A stretch of DNA of 63,439 nucleotides, filler included, from Sphacelaria rigidula (taxonomy: Eukaryota), in the NCBI GenBank assembly GCA_964200075.2. It is 8 parts of 8 records of this genome, joined end to end, with 100 filler letters (N's around TTAATTAATTAA, not from the genome) between each part and the next. Parts side by side here need not be neighbours in the genome. Positions count along the whole stretch, not along the records: positions 47,656 to 55,497 come from CAXNAA020013277.1; positions 55,598 to 63,439 come from CAXNAA020013278.1; 6 more parts are not named here. One strand, 5' to 3'. Both the position numbers and the translations under genes were made by a program. The notes below the pieces were generated by a model, which did no database searches, was not told the DNA's origin, and saw nothing but the letters and a program-made list of their open reading frames with translations. Positions 51,157 to 63,439 of the stretch are shown one piece after another (within the stretch, counting starts at the first letter, position 1; every line of letters starts with the position of its first letter).

Positions 51157-51924
51157 CACCCGACCAGGTAGCTACAAGCGTGTTGGGGGATCAAGAGGGA
51201 GAGGGGCTACCCCAGAGATAGTGTTCTACCAGAGCGTATGAAACAGGCCATCTGGGTGACCAATCAAACCATCCTCTCGAGGAGAGTACGATGCTAAAAT
51301 ACGGACTAAAAGTGAAGGGGGAAACAAGAGGCTGCTGGAGAATAGCCTGGAATCTAGGGCGTGAGGGTGGAGCCTAGAGACAGCATAAAGATAGCCAGAA
51401 CCACCTCTCGCACCTGTAAGTTCCTACTTGGAGACGCTTATGTTTTGGCTTTGGTCTTCTCGGTTCTTTGTTCAGGTTTTGGTTTACTTCTGCGGCGACT
51501 TTCATCTATAGTTCCACTTTTCGCTTTGCTTTGTCACTCACCCTGACACCCATTGTGGGTCATCTGTTGAATCATCATGAATCTACTCGGGAAATGAGTG
51601 CATGGCCCAGGTTACTACCTAACGTGGACGTCAAACAGCTGACTTTTTGTTGTCGTTTTTGTTTCTTGTTCGTATCAGTTTTTAGTTTTGAATTCCTTTT
51701 TCTTCTGACGTTTCTTCGTAAACACCGTCAACCGGCTATTAATAGCTATGAACACACGTATTTGTTCCGTCCATTATTGGTTCATTTTCTGTTCATCTAC
51801 TGCTCCTCCAGTGATGTTCGTATCTACCTTCTTCCCGCATCCCCCCCCCTCCTTCATTTCCGATTGTACGGGCTTATGTTTCGACTCCCTGACGGTCAAG
51901 GCGTGCCGTCCGTTGAATTCACAC

Positions 51925-52185
51925 GTGGTCGCTGGTACACGTTATCCGCATTTTGGAACGTCCCTAGGTTATCGAAAAGTTGAGTAGCATGATGAGTACA
52001 GAATGAACCGGTAGCAAGTGGATGTCCAAGGGAATCGGTGGGTTGACGACGGGTGCACGGTGCGACAATGAATGCGCGCGATCACAACCCGATTCAAACT
52101 GCACACGCGTCCTTCAACTCATTCATGATGTATCATAATAAGCCAGGGACGCTCCAAAATGCGGATAACGTGTACCAGCGGCCAC
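51925..52185. mobile_element. MITE with ~45-bp TIRs
   Basis: GTGGTCGCTGGTACACGTTATCCGCATTTTGGAACGTCCCT versus its inverse at 52145-52185. Confidence 0.75.
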
Positions 52186-55100
52186 TTGCTAACAGCGGAT
52201 CCTGAAAAATGGGGTTGATCCTTCAAATGAAGCTCAAGGGGCATACAGTATCATGTGTGTGTTGTCGTCCCATCTATTCTGGTCGCCGGTCTACACCACC
52301 TTTCGGTTTTTGGGGCGCACCTGCCGGGGTCACACAGGAGGAAGTTCAACACAGGAGTTTTTCATTTTTTGTTTGTTTTTAGAGATCCACCTTCCTTCTG
52401 CGGTGCTTGCCTTTATTTTTTATCGCGAAAGGGGTTCAGAGGTCCCTTTACCTGGTGAACCGAAAAGTCGAATTTTGTGTACCCACGACATAGCCGCTCT
52501 CCACTGTCGGGCATACAGGGTGAGAAGGATCCCAGATCGCTCCGAGATTTGAACCCACGACCCAACCGTCAGAAGGTTTCGAGGTTACCACGTGAGCCGC
52601 CGGGGCGACATCATAGACGGTAGGAGTCGTACTATTCATTACGAACTTACTGGAGGCGCCAGCACGTGAGTATACCACACCTTGGACAAAATATGCTCAA
52701 TAGCTGCAACAGACAAGAAACGTACTGCATAAAGTATAGGTGTGTGTTGTGTGTGTTGTCGTCCGATCTATTGTGGACGCCGGTATACACCTGTCGGTAT
52801 ATGTGGATGCATCAGCCGGGGTCACACAGGAGGAAGGTCAACACAGGAGCTCATTCTTTTTCACTTGTTTTGAGTACCCAACCTTCCTTTTACAGTGCTT
52901 CCTTTTCTTTGTTTATATCGCGAGAGGGGTTCAGCAGTCCCTTTCCCTCGTCGTTCTGCACTGTTGGGCATGGTGCGGGAAAAAATCCCAGACGGCTCCG
53001 AGGATTGAACCCATCACCCAACCGTCAGAATAAGGTTTCGAGGTTACCAACTGAGCCACCGGGGCGACATAGATCTATTGCGACTATTGTCGGCCGACAA
53101 TAGTCACAATAGTCCTATACTTAATGCAGTGCACTTCTCGTCTATTGCATCTATTGACCATATATTGTCCAGGGTGTGGAGTATACATGAGAGTACAGTA
53201 GAGTTCGGCACTCTCTCGGCTGCAGAACCAGAGTGCGAATGCAGGACATCCTTGAGCACTCCCCGAGTCATGGTGTCATTCTTCAACCAAAAACCGAGTT
53301 TCATCAGGTGGACTGATACACACGTATACAGTACTGGGGTACAGACGCAGTAGCGTATCGCTGACCATATCCTCTAGTACAGCGCAGATCAGATAGGAAG
53401 AAGGATGCAAGCCCAAATCCTGGCATGCGGAAGATCTCGTCTGTCGCACTGTACTGTATCTGTTTCGACACAAAAAGTATACGGAAGCGTTTTGGTCGGT
53501 ATATTTTCGGTGACTTTTCTGTGTTCTTGGGCAAACCCTGGCCGCATGGATTTCTCCCACCAGCTGCCCAGAACATCTCACGATAACTACAGTATACTGT
53601 ATACTGAATTGTACGACAGCCTGTATACAGTCAAGGAGTGTGACAGTCCCTCGTCCACACCACTACGGCAAAGACAGAAGGAAACACCGCACGCAGTGTA
53701 GACTTCGGGAGATATCAAAAGATGGCAGGCGCATTTGTGGGCAGAAAGGCAGCTACTATCTTCGTAACCGCTATCTCGTGCTTCCGAAGAGCCCAGGGTT
53801 TTGTCGTGCCTCTATCGTCGAGAGCTTCTGTCTGCAATAGGTGAGGGGCAGGGCAGGCCAATCTGTGTATCATGGGCTGTATGATGCATGAACATGAAGT
53901 ATGCTAAATGCTTGGCAGTACCCGACAGCAATACGGTACGGTCAGTACAGTTGTAGTTGTCTAGAGCGCTCTCGGCCGAAAGCTCATTGCTCAGCTATTT
54001 CACAACCCAGCCGTGTAATCTGCGTAGCAAGGAAATACAGGCGAGTGAGGCTTTCTTGTGGAAGCGGATTTTTTCAAGTCGCTTTTTCTCCTCTCGTTGG
54101 AATGAGACCCTACCAAATCGCGTGGCCATTATGCACATGTTGCAGTTGCATTGCACACACCAGCGCAAGGGTGATGTGTGGTCTACCATCCTGTTAGATG
54201 CCGCAGAAATTGTGAGGGGAAGAAAGGAGGGGGGAAGGGGGTGGGGTGTATTTCCTGAAAAGAGAGTGGGTGACCCAATGAAACCGCTACGGCCGTATTA
54301 GTAATGGATCTCTTGAAAAATCTCGATGTGTGCGTGTGCGTCCACATGTGCCTCATTTCCTGATGAAATGTTCATGGTTGCGTACAGTAGGGGATACTGA
54401 GAACAACAGTCTCTCTGATCCTTCAAAAAGTTTACAGCAGTCTCGAACTTGGCAGTGCACCCGGGTTGTTCCAAATCGGCGAAGGCTGAGCTCCGATTTG
54501 TGCTGTGCCCACCTACACTGCTGCACAATGTCCTGCCCCTGTACACAACGACCGCCCGGTGGACTATCGCATGTGAGAACGGACGACAGACGCTTTGGAT
54601 GCAGGCACTACTGTACAACGAACTGTCTGTACTGTCCCCTGTCAAGCACAGCACACACGAAACTACGATTACGGGAACACTAGATTACCAAGAACATTCC
54701 AACATGCGATCCACTTTACAGCACCTCCCTACTCCTACAAATGAGCCTATACTTCATTTTTCTGTACCGTGCTGTGCTGCATTGCACTGTACAAGGGGTA
54801 AAGCTACGGTTCCCCGTACCTACGAGCTACGGCTCCCCATACCTACGTGCTGTGCGCAACGCTGTTTCCTACCGCAGCTTCTACCCGGGGTATAGCACCC
54901 AGGGTGATACGAAACCCTAAATCGATTTGTTTGCAAACTGCAGCGGCCGCTCCTCGCAAGTCGTATCGTCGAACTCGGTGCATGTTGCAGTACACTGACG
55001 GGAATCTTCATCATTGTACTCCCGTACATCCCGACCATGGGAGCTACTGCATTTTAGATGTGATATCAGGCAACTGGGTATGGGTATATGTGGTGGCATA

Positions 55101-56594
55101 TTCGTGAGAACCATCCCTCCCACAAACGACAAATGAGAGAGTCAACGAACTAAGAGAACCACAACTTAACACAAATGAAAACCTTCAGAAAATACTCGGG
55201 ACGCACGAGCTACGGCAGCGATCCGAGATGCTGTTACTCGCTGATAGTCGCGACGCCCGTATCCCGTAGCTCACACACCCCGAGCTTACTCCACACCCCA
55301 CTACTGTCGCGCAATGGTCCTTGCACTTGCCCTTGCCCTTATATCTTGGCTGCCTGCACTCTGAGACTCAACTGACCCACCCCCACAAGGGGCCCTACAG
55401 ACTGGAAAACGATTTATACCCCCCCCCCCCCCCCGGGGGGGGGGGGGGCGGGAATGAGGGAAAACGAAAAATGGCGGCCCCAAACCCGTTTCTCTCTNNN
55501 NNNNNNNNNNNNNNNNNNNNNNNNNNNNNNNNNNNNNNNNNTTAATTAATTAANNNNNNNNNNNNNNNNNNNNNNNNNNNNNNNNNNNNNNNNNNNNTGT
55601 AGGGATGCGAGGTCAATGGTCTTATGACTATGGCATGCATGATCATGAGTACACCCCCCCACACACACCGCCAAATCCAGCTTCAAAACTATCACGAAGC
55701 AAATGGCCATAAAACGGACGATAGCGGGTTTCAGACTTACATGAATCGCCTCATGCGAGCGACATTGGCGAAAACGATCCCAAGCGTGGAAGTTCTCAGC
55801 TGCTCAGTGTGCTCGGCTCTTTCTTATTTTTGATTCGCATATAGAATTTTCCTCCTCAAAATTAACCACTTTTGGGGGGGCGGGGGGCGGGGGAGGCTAT
55901 CGCGTCATCACTCAAGTATGTTTTTATTACCCACGGATATATTTTTCCGGATATCCGCAACAAGTCTCCTGGACAGAAGACACTTACTTGTAGGGTATTA
56001 TGCATCGACCCGTCTGAACTTATGCGTCGGGTGTTGACAGGACGAATTTTTCATGCATGGTGCATGCCATACAGAATAAATATATCCATACTTCCGTTTA
56101 GACAAAGCATGGAACATGACCATAGACATGGACAAACACAAACAGAAACAGAAGAAGAAAAGAAAAGAAGCGAACAGGCCAAGATACAGGCGGGGTACTT
56201 AATCTTGATGTCTATCATTGATAGACCATACTCCACAACATCCTTCTGCGCTATTCAAATTGTGGAGGCCATATACTGTACCACACAATACCCATATTTT
56301 CTGGGTATCCTGTTTGGTGGTCTATTTATGCACGTTTCTCGACTCCTTTTTGTTGTTGGTGTTGGTGTTGGTGTTCAATTTCCTCTTAATTTTATCCTTG
56401 CTTACAGATTGCGAGTGTGCTTATTCATTTTTTATTTTCCTTCGCTACAGCACGTGTATCTTGTGGATAATGACCTAGGGGGGATCAGATAACCCTTTCG
56501 GGACCGGAGCGGACTAGCCGGGGACGAGGGCCTGTTCTGAATCGGCATATGTTTCACTTGAAAACGAGGGAAAATGATGTTGATCCACAAATAA

Positions 56595-56912
56595 CTATGT
56601 TCTCGTGAGAGATTGAGAGTAGAGCGTTAGATTGAGAGTAGAGCGTTAGATTGAGAGTGGGCTTTATCATTTGGTTTCGCTTGACCATTTCTTCATTCTT
56701 TGTGTGCTTCTCTTTGCCTCTATCACTGCCGTGTGCTTACAACTACACGTCGATATCCTTCTCGGGGATACCAAGGGCTTCAGTGGCAAGCTGCTGCAGA
56801 AAGCGTATCGGGCCCCGTGGAGGTGCATTTCGGAACTGAAACTATTCATACATTAACTGACCGCTTCTCGCTCTCAATCGTATCTTCTACTCTCAATCTC
56901 ACGAAAACATAG
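56595..56912. mobile_element. MITE-like element with ~30-bp TIRs
   Basis: CTATGTTCTCGTGAGAGATTGAGAGTAGA versus TCTACTCTCAATCTCACGAAAACATAG. Confidence 0.6.
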
Positions 56913-57740
56913 ATAAATGGTCCTTGCGTGCAAACCAGGTCTTTAATTCCTCGCCCCTGGTTAGTGGAACGACTAATGTATAATATATAATGATCAATGT
57001 ATATATATTATATATATATATACACACACAGGAACACTGGTACCGTAACACACGGTGTACACAACCCATACGTGGTATACCAACCCCTGAATAACAATCC
57101 CCGGGGATAACGATTTCGGTTCATTCCGGCACCACGTCGGTGTCTACTGTACAGTACTGCATTGGGGTGCCCATTGTACCCACACTCCTGAATACTGAAT
57201 ACCCTCACTTCCGCCCCGGCTTTGTAGGGATGCGAGGTCAATGGTCGTATGACGACGGCATGTAGCATCATGAGTACAACCCTCCCACATACACATACAC
57301 AGTGATGCCTTTATGGGCCCCAAACTGTCATGATCCGGCGATCGTTTACACCGTAATCTGCAGCACGATATGAAGGTCCGCATCGGAAAATGTACGGCGA
57401 TGACATGTTGCCATATGCTTCGTGAGACGCGTATCTGGACACCCCTGGGTGGGAACAGAAAAAAAAAAAAAAAAAAAACGCAGAATTTTTTTTCTTTGGG
57501 GGGGGAAGTGAGGGGGGGGGGGGGGGGTGGTGTGTTGTTTTCCAATTTAATNNNNNNNNNNAAAATGAACGGCGATGACATGTTGCCATATGCTTCGTGA
57601 GACGCGTATCTGGACACCCCTGGGTGGGAAAAAAAAAAAAAAAAAAAAAACTGCAGATTTTTCTTCATTCGTCGTGAAAGTGAGTGCGTGAGTGTGTGTG
57701 TCATGATCTATATCTAAATACAGTAAGGAGGCGTGTGTAC

Positions 57741-57848
57741 CTGGAGGGAGAAGCATAGGTCGGCCGGGGTCAACGTGCCTGATTCCATTCCGCTCTTCAC
57801 GATGCCTTCGACGAACGACAAAATTCCCGTGAAAGATACGTCCATGCC
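57741..57848 (-). CDS. OSGEP: Kae1/OSGEP next exon (GMDVSFTGILSFVEGIVKSGMESGTLTPADLCFSLQ)
   Basis: CGCAG acceptor and GTACAC donor, 108 nt. Splicing restores VK|GMDVSF, and TPADLCFSLQ is conserved in Kae1. Confidence 0.96.
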
Positions 57849-57875
57849 CTGCGCGTCAAAACACATAAAAAAATG

Positions 57876-57910
<35 letters not shown>

Positions 57911-59469
57911 CAAAGCGTGAAGTACAGAATACAAACAAGAAACTGTTTTAATCGTTTCAGCTCCCACGGCCTGCTGCTGCGAGACCTGACAGTCCCGTGG
58001 AGGGTGGCGGCACTGCAGGCGATACTAGAGTAATAGAATGAAGAAAAAAAATAGAAGAGACGGAAGAATAAAAAACGAATCGAAGGAGGATGTGACAGAA
58101 GAGGGCAAAAATTACATGTCGCTTGGCCTGATACACAATCGCTTCCGTGGGGGCTTTACCGATATATACATACTTAAAAAGATATACAGATGTGTGGACA
58201 AATGGAAATTGGGCGATTACCACGTGTCTCTCCGTACAGAACCCGATATCCTTGGCAACCTCCGCCCTGCGTGAGTACCGTCTGCTCAAGACTCCAAAAA
58301 TTTCGAGGTAAGTTTCCCGGCATTGGGCTACAAATGTTCATGGTTGACACAATTTTACAAGTATCGCTACCTCTAACCCTCACCCCAACTCAACGCATAC
58401 CGAAAAACCTCAGGCAAGGACGGCACATGCACTCCCTAGGCAAGGAGCAGCCTCGGTAGACCCCAAATCGGCGCCTGTGGCGCCGATTTGAACGAAAACG
58501 CGTTTTGCGCATGCGAGGAGCACACGGGACTGTCAGCCCCACTAAAATTCCGATTCTCGTTGTTCACACTCAAATCGAGTAATATCAACCATGGACATTG
58601 GTAGCCCAACGCCGGTAAACTCTACATCAACCACGGACATTCCGTCAGCTCTTAGCTACGCGTATCCCTTGGCGCTATTTGCCCTGCTGGCCCTCACCCT
58701 TGCATCACTCTTGAAAACGGCCATTCCTGTCGACCATTTCTGCTTTCAACCGTGCCTTCAAATTTCATCAAACATCACGCCTTGGCGTGCCTTTTTTTTC
58801 CCCCAGAAAGAATTTTCCAAGACTAATTTCGCCTTGAAAAATGTCTTTCACGCGAGTCATTCTCAACAACATCCCTTTACTTATTTCCCTACACATCTTT
58901 TCTTTTTTTGCACAAAATCTCTTTTTCAATACCATTTCATTTTTTTTTCGCTTTCAAACGTGCTTTCATCAGTTCCCCGTAACGCCCTCTCCATACGCAC
59001 GTCCCTTTTTTCGTACAAAATAAAAACTTCCTGACCGTGGAAGTAAATATATATATATATATATATATACGCTGAACATCGGTTGGTCGATATGATCTCT
59101 TGAAATAATTGGTTCGTCCTGTGACGCTAGCAGGTCACTCGTACTGCAGTGTCTGAATGCTCTTGAGGGACTCCCCAGTTCCACTGGCCCCAAGGTCTCA
59201 GCTGTCAGCCTTCAGAACACCCTATCATTCCCGGAGTAAACAGATGCAGCCCCGTACCGTCAGGCCTGGGCTACACAGCAAGGGTCATCATCCACACGAT
59301 GCCCTTGTCCCCTGGTCATCATTCAGGATCCACTATATATTCAACGTGACGGCGTGATTTCGCCACAGCACCCCCAAAGCGCGTTGGACGAGAATCGAGC
59401 AACAAGCTTGACACTCAGAAAACTAACGCCAAAACGATTGAGCAAGTCACAACTGAATCCCGCTATCGG

Positions 59470-61591
59470 CGTACGATCATAACGACGTCGATACACTGTA
59501 TTGAGGGCCCATTGCACCGGCGGCAACACGCCCACCCACTCGGAAACCGCTCTACGCTGCTCGAGAAGAACAGAGCGAAGAGCACGAACTACTTCCTTAC
59601 CATGCGTTCGCACGTGCCGTTAGACCACGGAGAATACGCTACCGCAAACCGGCGATCAGCGCGCAAAGCCTCTCGCAATCGGGCCAAGATTGCATTCTTG
59701 AAATACGTGTCGGTATCACTCATCCACACACGGGGCACCCCCAAAGTTTTGCACCAATTCAGCAACGACGCAGCAGTCGATTCAGCAGTACACACTGCTA
59801 CTGCTTCCAGAGCCACAAAGTTGCTCAAATCATCCATGATTACCAAAAGATATCGAAACCCCGCATCCTTCGACAAACCTTGGGAAGCCAGCGGGCCACT
59901 TTCGCCCACGTACAAGAAGTCAAAATGAACGACTTCATTCGGCGTGGTCCCATGGACCGTTTCGCCGAGCGGGCAGGAACAACATCGCCCACCCTCGAGT
60001 CAGCATAGTGAAGACACTGGCGGACGAATTCGCGCACATGAGTTTCTATCCCCTGCCAGACGCAAAACTCTTGCAAGCGCACGAGCGTCGCAGCCACACC
60101 ACGATACCCAGCGTCGCGCATGTGCGCGCAAACCATCAGACGTACCTGAAACTGCTTGTCAGACCTCGGAATCCACCAAACATTTCGGCCACGCACATGC
60201 ACACGAAATAGACCTTCATTTTCCAAGATAGCAGTACTAACGCCCGACTCAAAAATTGCACATCCGCCTCTTCGGCCCCAAGGTCTTTTCGTTGCGCTTG
60301 GCGGACAACAGATTTCCAGCGCATCTGTTAACCCTCAAAATTAACACCTACAAAAGCCAGCGGTTCATGCGTCATGTCTTCAACCGGCAACCGTTGTTGC
60401 ATTTCTGCATCATGCACCTGCGCTACAAAACTACCCCAGAGGCACTCAAATGCATCCCGAAATATTGACATCTGACAATCAGGACGAGGATGGAGCAGCG
60501 TCACGGCATGAGCCACCATATCTTTCGCTGCCGCCCACGCCTGCAGCCTGCCCTCCGTCCACGATGCAGCCTTCTTCGGAAACCCCTCATGTGGACTGGA
60601 CCACCCCGCCTGCGAATTCCGTAACACCAACCCGAGCGCCAAACGAGCCGCCATACACAATGCCAGCCAACTCGCCTTCACTGGATCGTACCGCCGCGGC
60701 TTCGTCTTCATCGCGGATGCCCCAGGTTTTGGCTAACCCACGCATGGGCTCCACGCGCGCAGGGGGATCCCCCCACAGCGCACGATGAAACGCGTTGACG
60801 CGGCAATGCAATATGCCGCGCAGGCGCTCCGCTTTTGAGACGCTGAGGATTTTTGCCCCAGCATCCGTCACGCTCTCCTCCAGCGCGACTTTCCGAGCGG
60901 ACCCCTCTTTCGCCGGATCAATAAATATCTCCCGGCAGCGCTTTACCAAGCGTTCCACCGCCGCATCCCGCTCCTCGGTCACCTGCCCTCCATCCTCCTG
61001 AAAAGCATCCACCGACAAGCTCACGCGACGACTGCCCAAAACGGCGGGCGTCTCCAAGCGTGGACCAGGCTGAGACATCCGCGTCTTCATGGAGTCCCAC
61101 AACCGCCGAGTGTTGACTCCAATATCCTGGACCATCGGCAACCCCAGAAGAATTACGCCATTCGACCCCGGCATGATCGCAAACGAGATCGGAGGCAACT
61201 GCGCCGGCCCCCAGGAAGTCATCAAAGTCAGCTGCAGCGGAACAGTACGCTCTGTGACGTAAACATGCTGACCCGACGCGGTGACGGCCTGCCGCGCCCC
61301 AAGCGAAAACGGAGTGCGCAGCGGCACACCCGGGAGAAGACGCTCCAACATCTCTACAATCTGTAGCGACAGACTCACATGACCCGTCCAGTGGGCGCCA
61401 GAATCCCACTTAGCCTCTACCGCAATGGCTCCCCGCGCCCGGTGATTCGGGAGATATATCTCTGCCGGAATATATTTGCCTTGATAATCGACCGGCACCT
61501 GCTCCGCCGACTGATTGTTCGTGATCCCCACTTGGCGCCACGGCTGCGCGTGCGGCGCAGGCATAGACGCCCCCGCTGGGGTCACCGGCAC
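59470..61591 (-). pseudogene. Gypsy pol remnant: protease, RT start fused to RT end/RNase H, integrase
   Basis: WDSGA protease motif; TLLHP..IFRDA..GSFVAQ..HEPLAF (RNase H); H..(H)..C..(C) remnant plus HFDFLY..IMDDLSNFV..WMSD..YSPWSNGTCER (integrase). Multiple frameshifts and no YxDD. Confidence 0.88.
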
Positions 61592-61747
61592 CGGCGGCGG
61601 GTACGAAGCCCCGCCCGCAGAACTAAATTGCAGCGGTACTCCGGCCGACGCAGCAGCGGATCCAAATTTCAGCTGAAATCCGGCCGGCTCCGCCGCAGTC
61701 GTCTCGCCTTGCTCTGCTGCCGGGCGCGCGGCACTCGTCTGCCCAGA

Positions 61748-62572
61748 CTACCCCTTAGAAGGCGTCGGGCACCTCCGTGCAATGTGACCTATCTGGCCAC
61801 ACTGATAGCAAGTAATATTGGAGGCGGCACTGCCTGCGGATTTTGATCCGCGGTTACGCGAGCTCGAAGACTGTGGCGACGAAGTGGATGATTTTACGAA
61901 TACATCGACCCGCCGCCATGCCTGAGCTTCAGCCACCACGGTATCCATCACTAAATACGGGTCCGACTTCCAGTTTGTTTCGTGCTTTAACTGTACAAGC
62001 ACGGCCTGCTTAAATTCCGCCGGTGCTAGACCTTCCACCATCGCTTTCGTGACCACCGCAGCGGGCCCTGGGCGAAATTTCCCATCGGAGGAACGATAAA
62101 CCATCTCGACGTTGGCATTTTTCGAAAAATACGTCTCCAACTTACCCATTATGGGCTCTACCTTCTCACGCATAGTCCTCCCCTTGTGGTTCATTGCGAC
62201 AGCCCTCGCCACGGCCGCGGACGCCTGAGTAAGCTCTACCTCCGCGCCTGCCGCATGCCCTGCATGCTTCTTTATCGCTGCGGCCAACTGCAGCGGCGTT
62301 ATGGTATGCTTTTCATGGAACCGTCTCGCGAAGACGCGTTGGAGGGGGGTAGGCACTAATTGCGCCATAGAAACCACCTGATGCCTTACCGCACCCCCCG
62401 CATTCGCATGGTCCGCCCTCCTCTTGTATTCCACGTATGTCGTGCAAAACGAACGAGAAGCACCCTCAGAATAAAAATTCCCGTAACTGGGCAGCCGCAA
62501 CTCTTCCCTTAAAACGACTGGGGTTACTGTCGCCTCCGCTGGCTCTACTGCCGGTACCTCGGTAGTCGACAT
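61748..62572 (-). CDS. Gypsy Gag with CCHC zinc knuckle
   Basis: 274-aa ORF ending CYQCGQIGHIARRC. Confidence 0.85.
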   Translation of the reverse strand: MSTTEVPAVEPAEATVTPVVLREELRLPSYGNFYSEGASRSFCTTYVEYKRRADHANAGGAVRHQVVSMAQLVPTPLQRVFARRFHEKHTITPLQLAAAIKKHAGHAAGAEVELTQASAAVARAVAMNHKGRTMREKVEPIMGKLETYFSKNANVEMVYRSSDGKFRPGPAAVVTKAMVEGLAPAEFKQAVLVQLKHETNWKSDPYLVMDTVVAEAQAWRRVDVFVKSSTSSPQSSSSRNRGSKSAGSAASNITCYQCGQIGHIARRCPTPSKG

Positions 62573-63180
62573 TCTCGAGCGGAAATTCGAAGATTTCTGA
62601 AACCATCTCGAAATAATTCACACCTGCCTTCTTCGCCGCTCCACACAGCCCTGGGGTCCTATAAACGTCCGCTGCACGCAGCTCCAGCAAGTCTCCAGTC
62701 TGGATCAATCACGGGCCAGTCGCTTTGCAGCTACCTCAGCTTGAAACCTCCTCACGCGTCCGTGAAGCTCTATGCCCGAAGCTCTCACAAGCTGTCCAGA
62801 GTCCTAGCTGCTGAACAATTTCCAGTAGTCTCCCAACGATAGCACTCCTAGCACTCCTAGCACTCCTAGCACTAATATCGATTTTGTGACGCCAGCAGGT
62901 TGCTAGTACTGCTGTGTCTGAATGCTCTTGAGGGACTCCCCAGTTCCACTGGCCTCAAGGTCTCAGCTGTCAGCCTTCACAACACCTTATCATTCCCGGA
63001 GTAAACAGATGCAGCCCCGTACCGTCAGGCCTGGGCTGCACAGCAAGGGTCATCATCCACAGGATGCCCTTGTCCCTGGTAATCATTCAGGATCCACGAT
63101 ATACTCAACGTGACGGCGTGATTTTGCCACAGTCCCGAGGAAATGGCAGGAGTAACAAAGTGTGACGAAAAATACATCAC

Positions 63181-63277
63181 CTTTACTCCATACGGCAGTT
63201 CCACGAACTTGCTTCCTTTCTTGGCCAACTGCTCGATGTTGTATCCTGGGGAAGGATCATTCGACAGGCCCAGCACC
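63181..63277 (-). CDS. OSGEP: tRNA N6-adenosine threonylcarbamoyltransferase (Kae1/OSGEP), internal exon ([32 protein letters not shown])
   Basis: TAG acceptor and GTGATG donor. [20 protein letters not shown] is diagnostic of eukaryotic Kae1. Confidence 0.96.
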
Positions 63278-63439
63278 CTATCAACGTTGTTCAGTTTGTT
63301 GCGCGCGCGAGGGGGGGGAGGGGGGGAGGGGTGTACTCATGGGGGGGTACTCATGATCTTGCTTGCCGTAGCCATAAGACCATCGACCTCGCATCCCTAC
63401 AAAGCCGGGACGGAGCACGCCGGGTTTTCGCCGGACCAG

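Larger units (their letters stand above)
48600..51300 (+). mobile_element. Decayed CRE-like non-LTR retrotransposon (RT plus C-terminal restriction-like endonuclease), interrupted by two MITEs
   Basis: RT motifs VQTGDDL..ALFCL and LLAYLDD (48660-48780). RLE-type motifs RVDMVV (~50054), DVTNADP (~50545) and RKSAQY..F.LTTLAMESSGRLG (50640-50740). Many stops and frameshifts. Confidence 0.7.
59120..63131 (-). mobile_element. Ty3/Gypsy LTR retrotransposon, non-autonomous (RT largely deleted), inside the OSGEP intron
   Basis: LTRs 59120-59367 and 62885-63131 (TG...CA, ~94% identical by manual count) with 4-bp TSD GTCC. Order gag-PR-(RT)-RH-IN. Confidence 0.95.

Noticed and set aside
7844..55597. 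TTAATTAATTAA recurring every ~7,942 bp
   Set aside because: Artificial six-frame-stop linker inside N gaps, not biological periodicity.
57394..57665. Direct duplication flanking the 11-N gap
   Set aside because: Identical sequence on both sides of a small gap next to homopolymers, most likely an unmerged assembly overlap.
25636..63277. Functional cluster of cyanase, TCP11 and OSGEP (e.g. carbamoyl metabolism)
   Set aside because: The genes lie on different contigs joined artificially.

Overview
Eukaryotic, intron-rich and repeat-rich DNA, probably a brown alga or other stramenopile (inferred from gene structure and repeat content, not proven). The window is not one locus. It is eight unrelated 7,842-7,843 bp contigs joined by artificial 100-bp linkers (N44-TTAATTAATTAA-N44), so nothing is syntenic across the gaps. 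Host genes appear only as partial exon sets: a Tweety-like membrane protein, a divergent Derlin-like protein, cyanase (last two exons), a TCP11-domain protein with a Tudor-like insert, and OSGEP/Kae1. Most of the rest is mobile DNA: a decayed ~1,400-codon Gag-like ORF, a Ty3/Gypsy element lacking most of its RT inside the OSGEP intron, a Copia RT-RNaseH fragment, a decayed CRE-like non-LTR element, a 1,000-bp mariner derivative, several MITEs, two tRNA-like SINE families and minisatellites. Two patterns stand out. (i) Two arrays of the palindrome CAATATATATTG recur at a fixed ~43-bp period with unique, fixed-length spacers and end in a shared transposon-like terminus. (ii) A LINE family and a non-coding partner share a 3' end, lack poly(A), and insert repeatedly into C/G tracts with target-site duplications.
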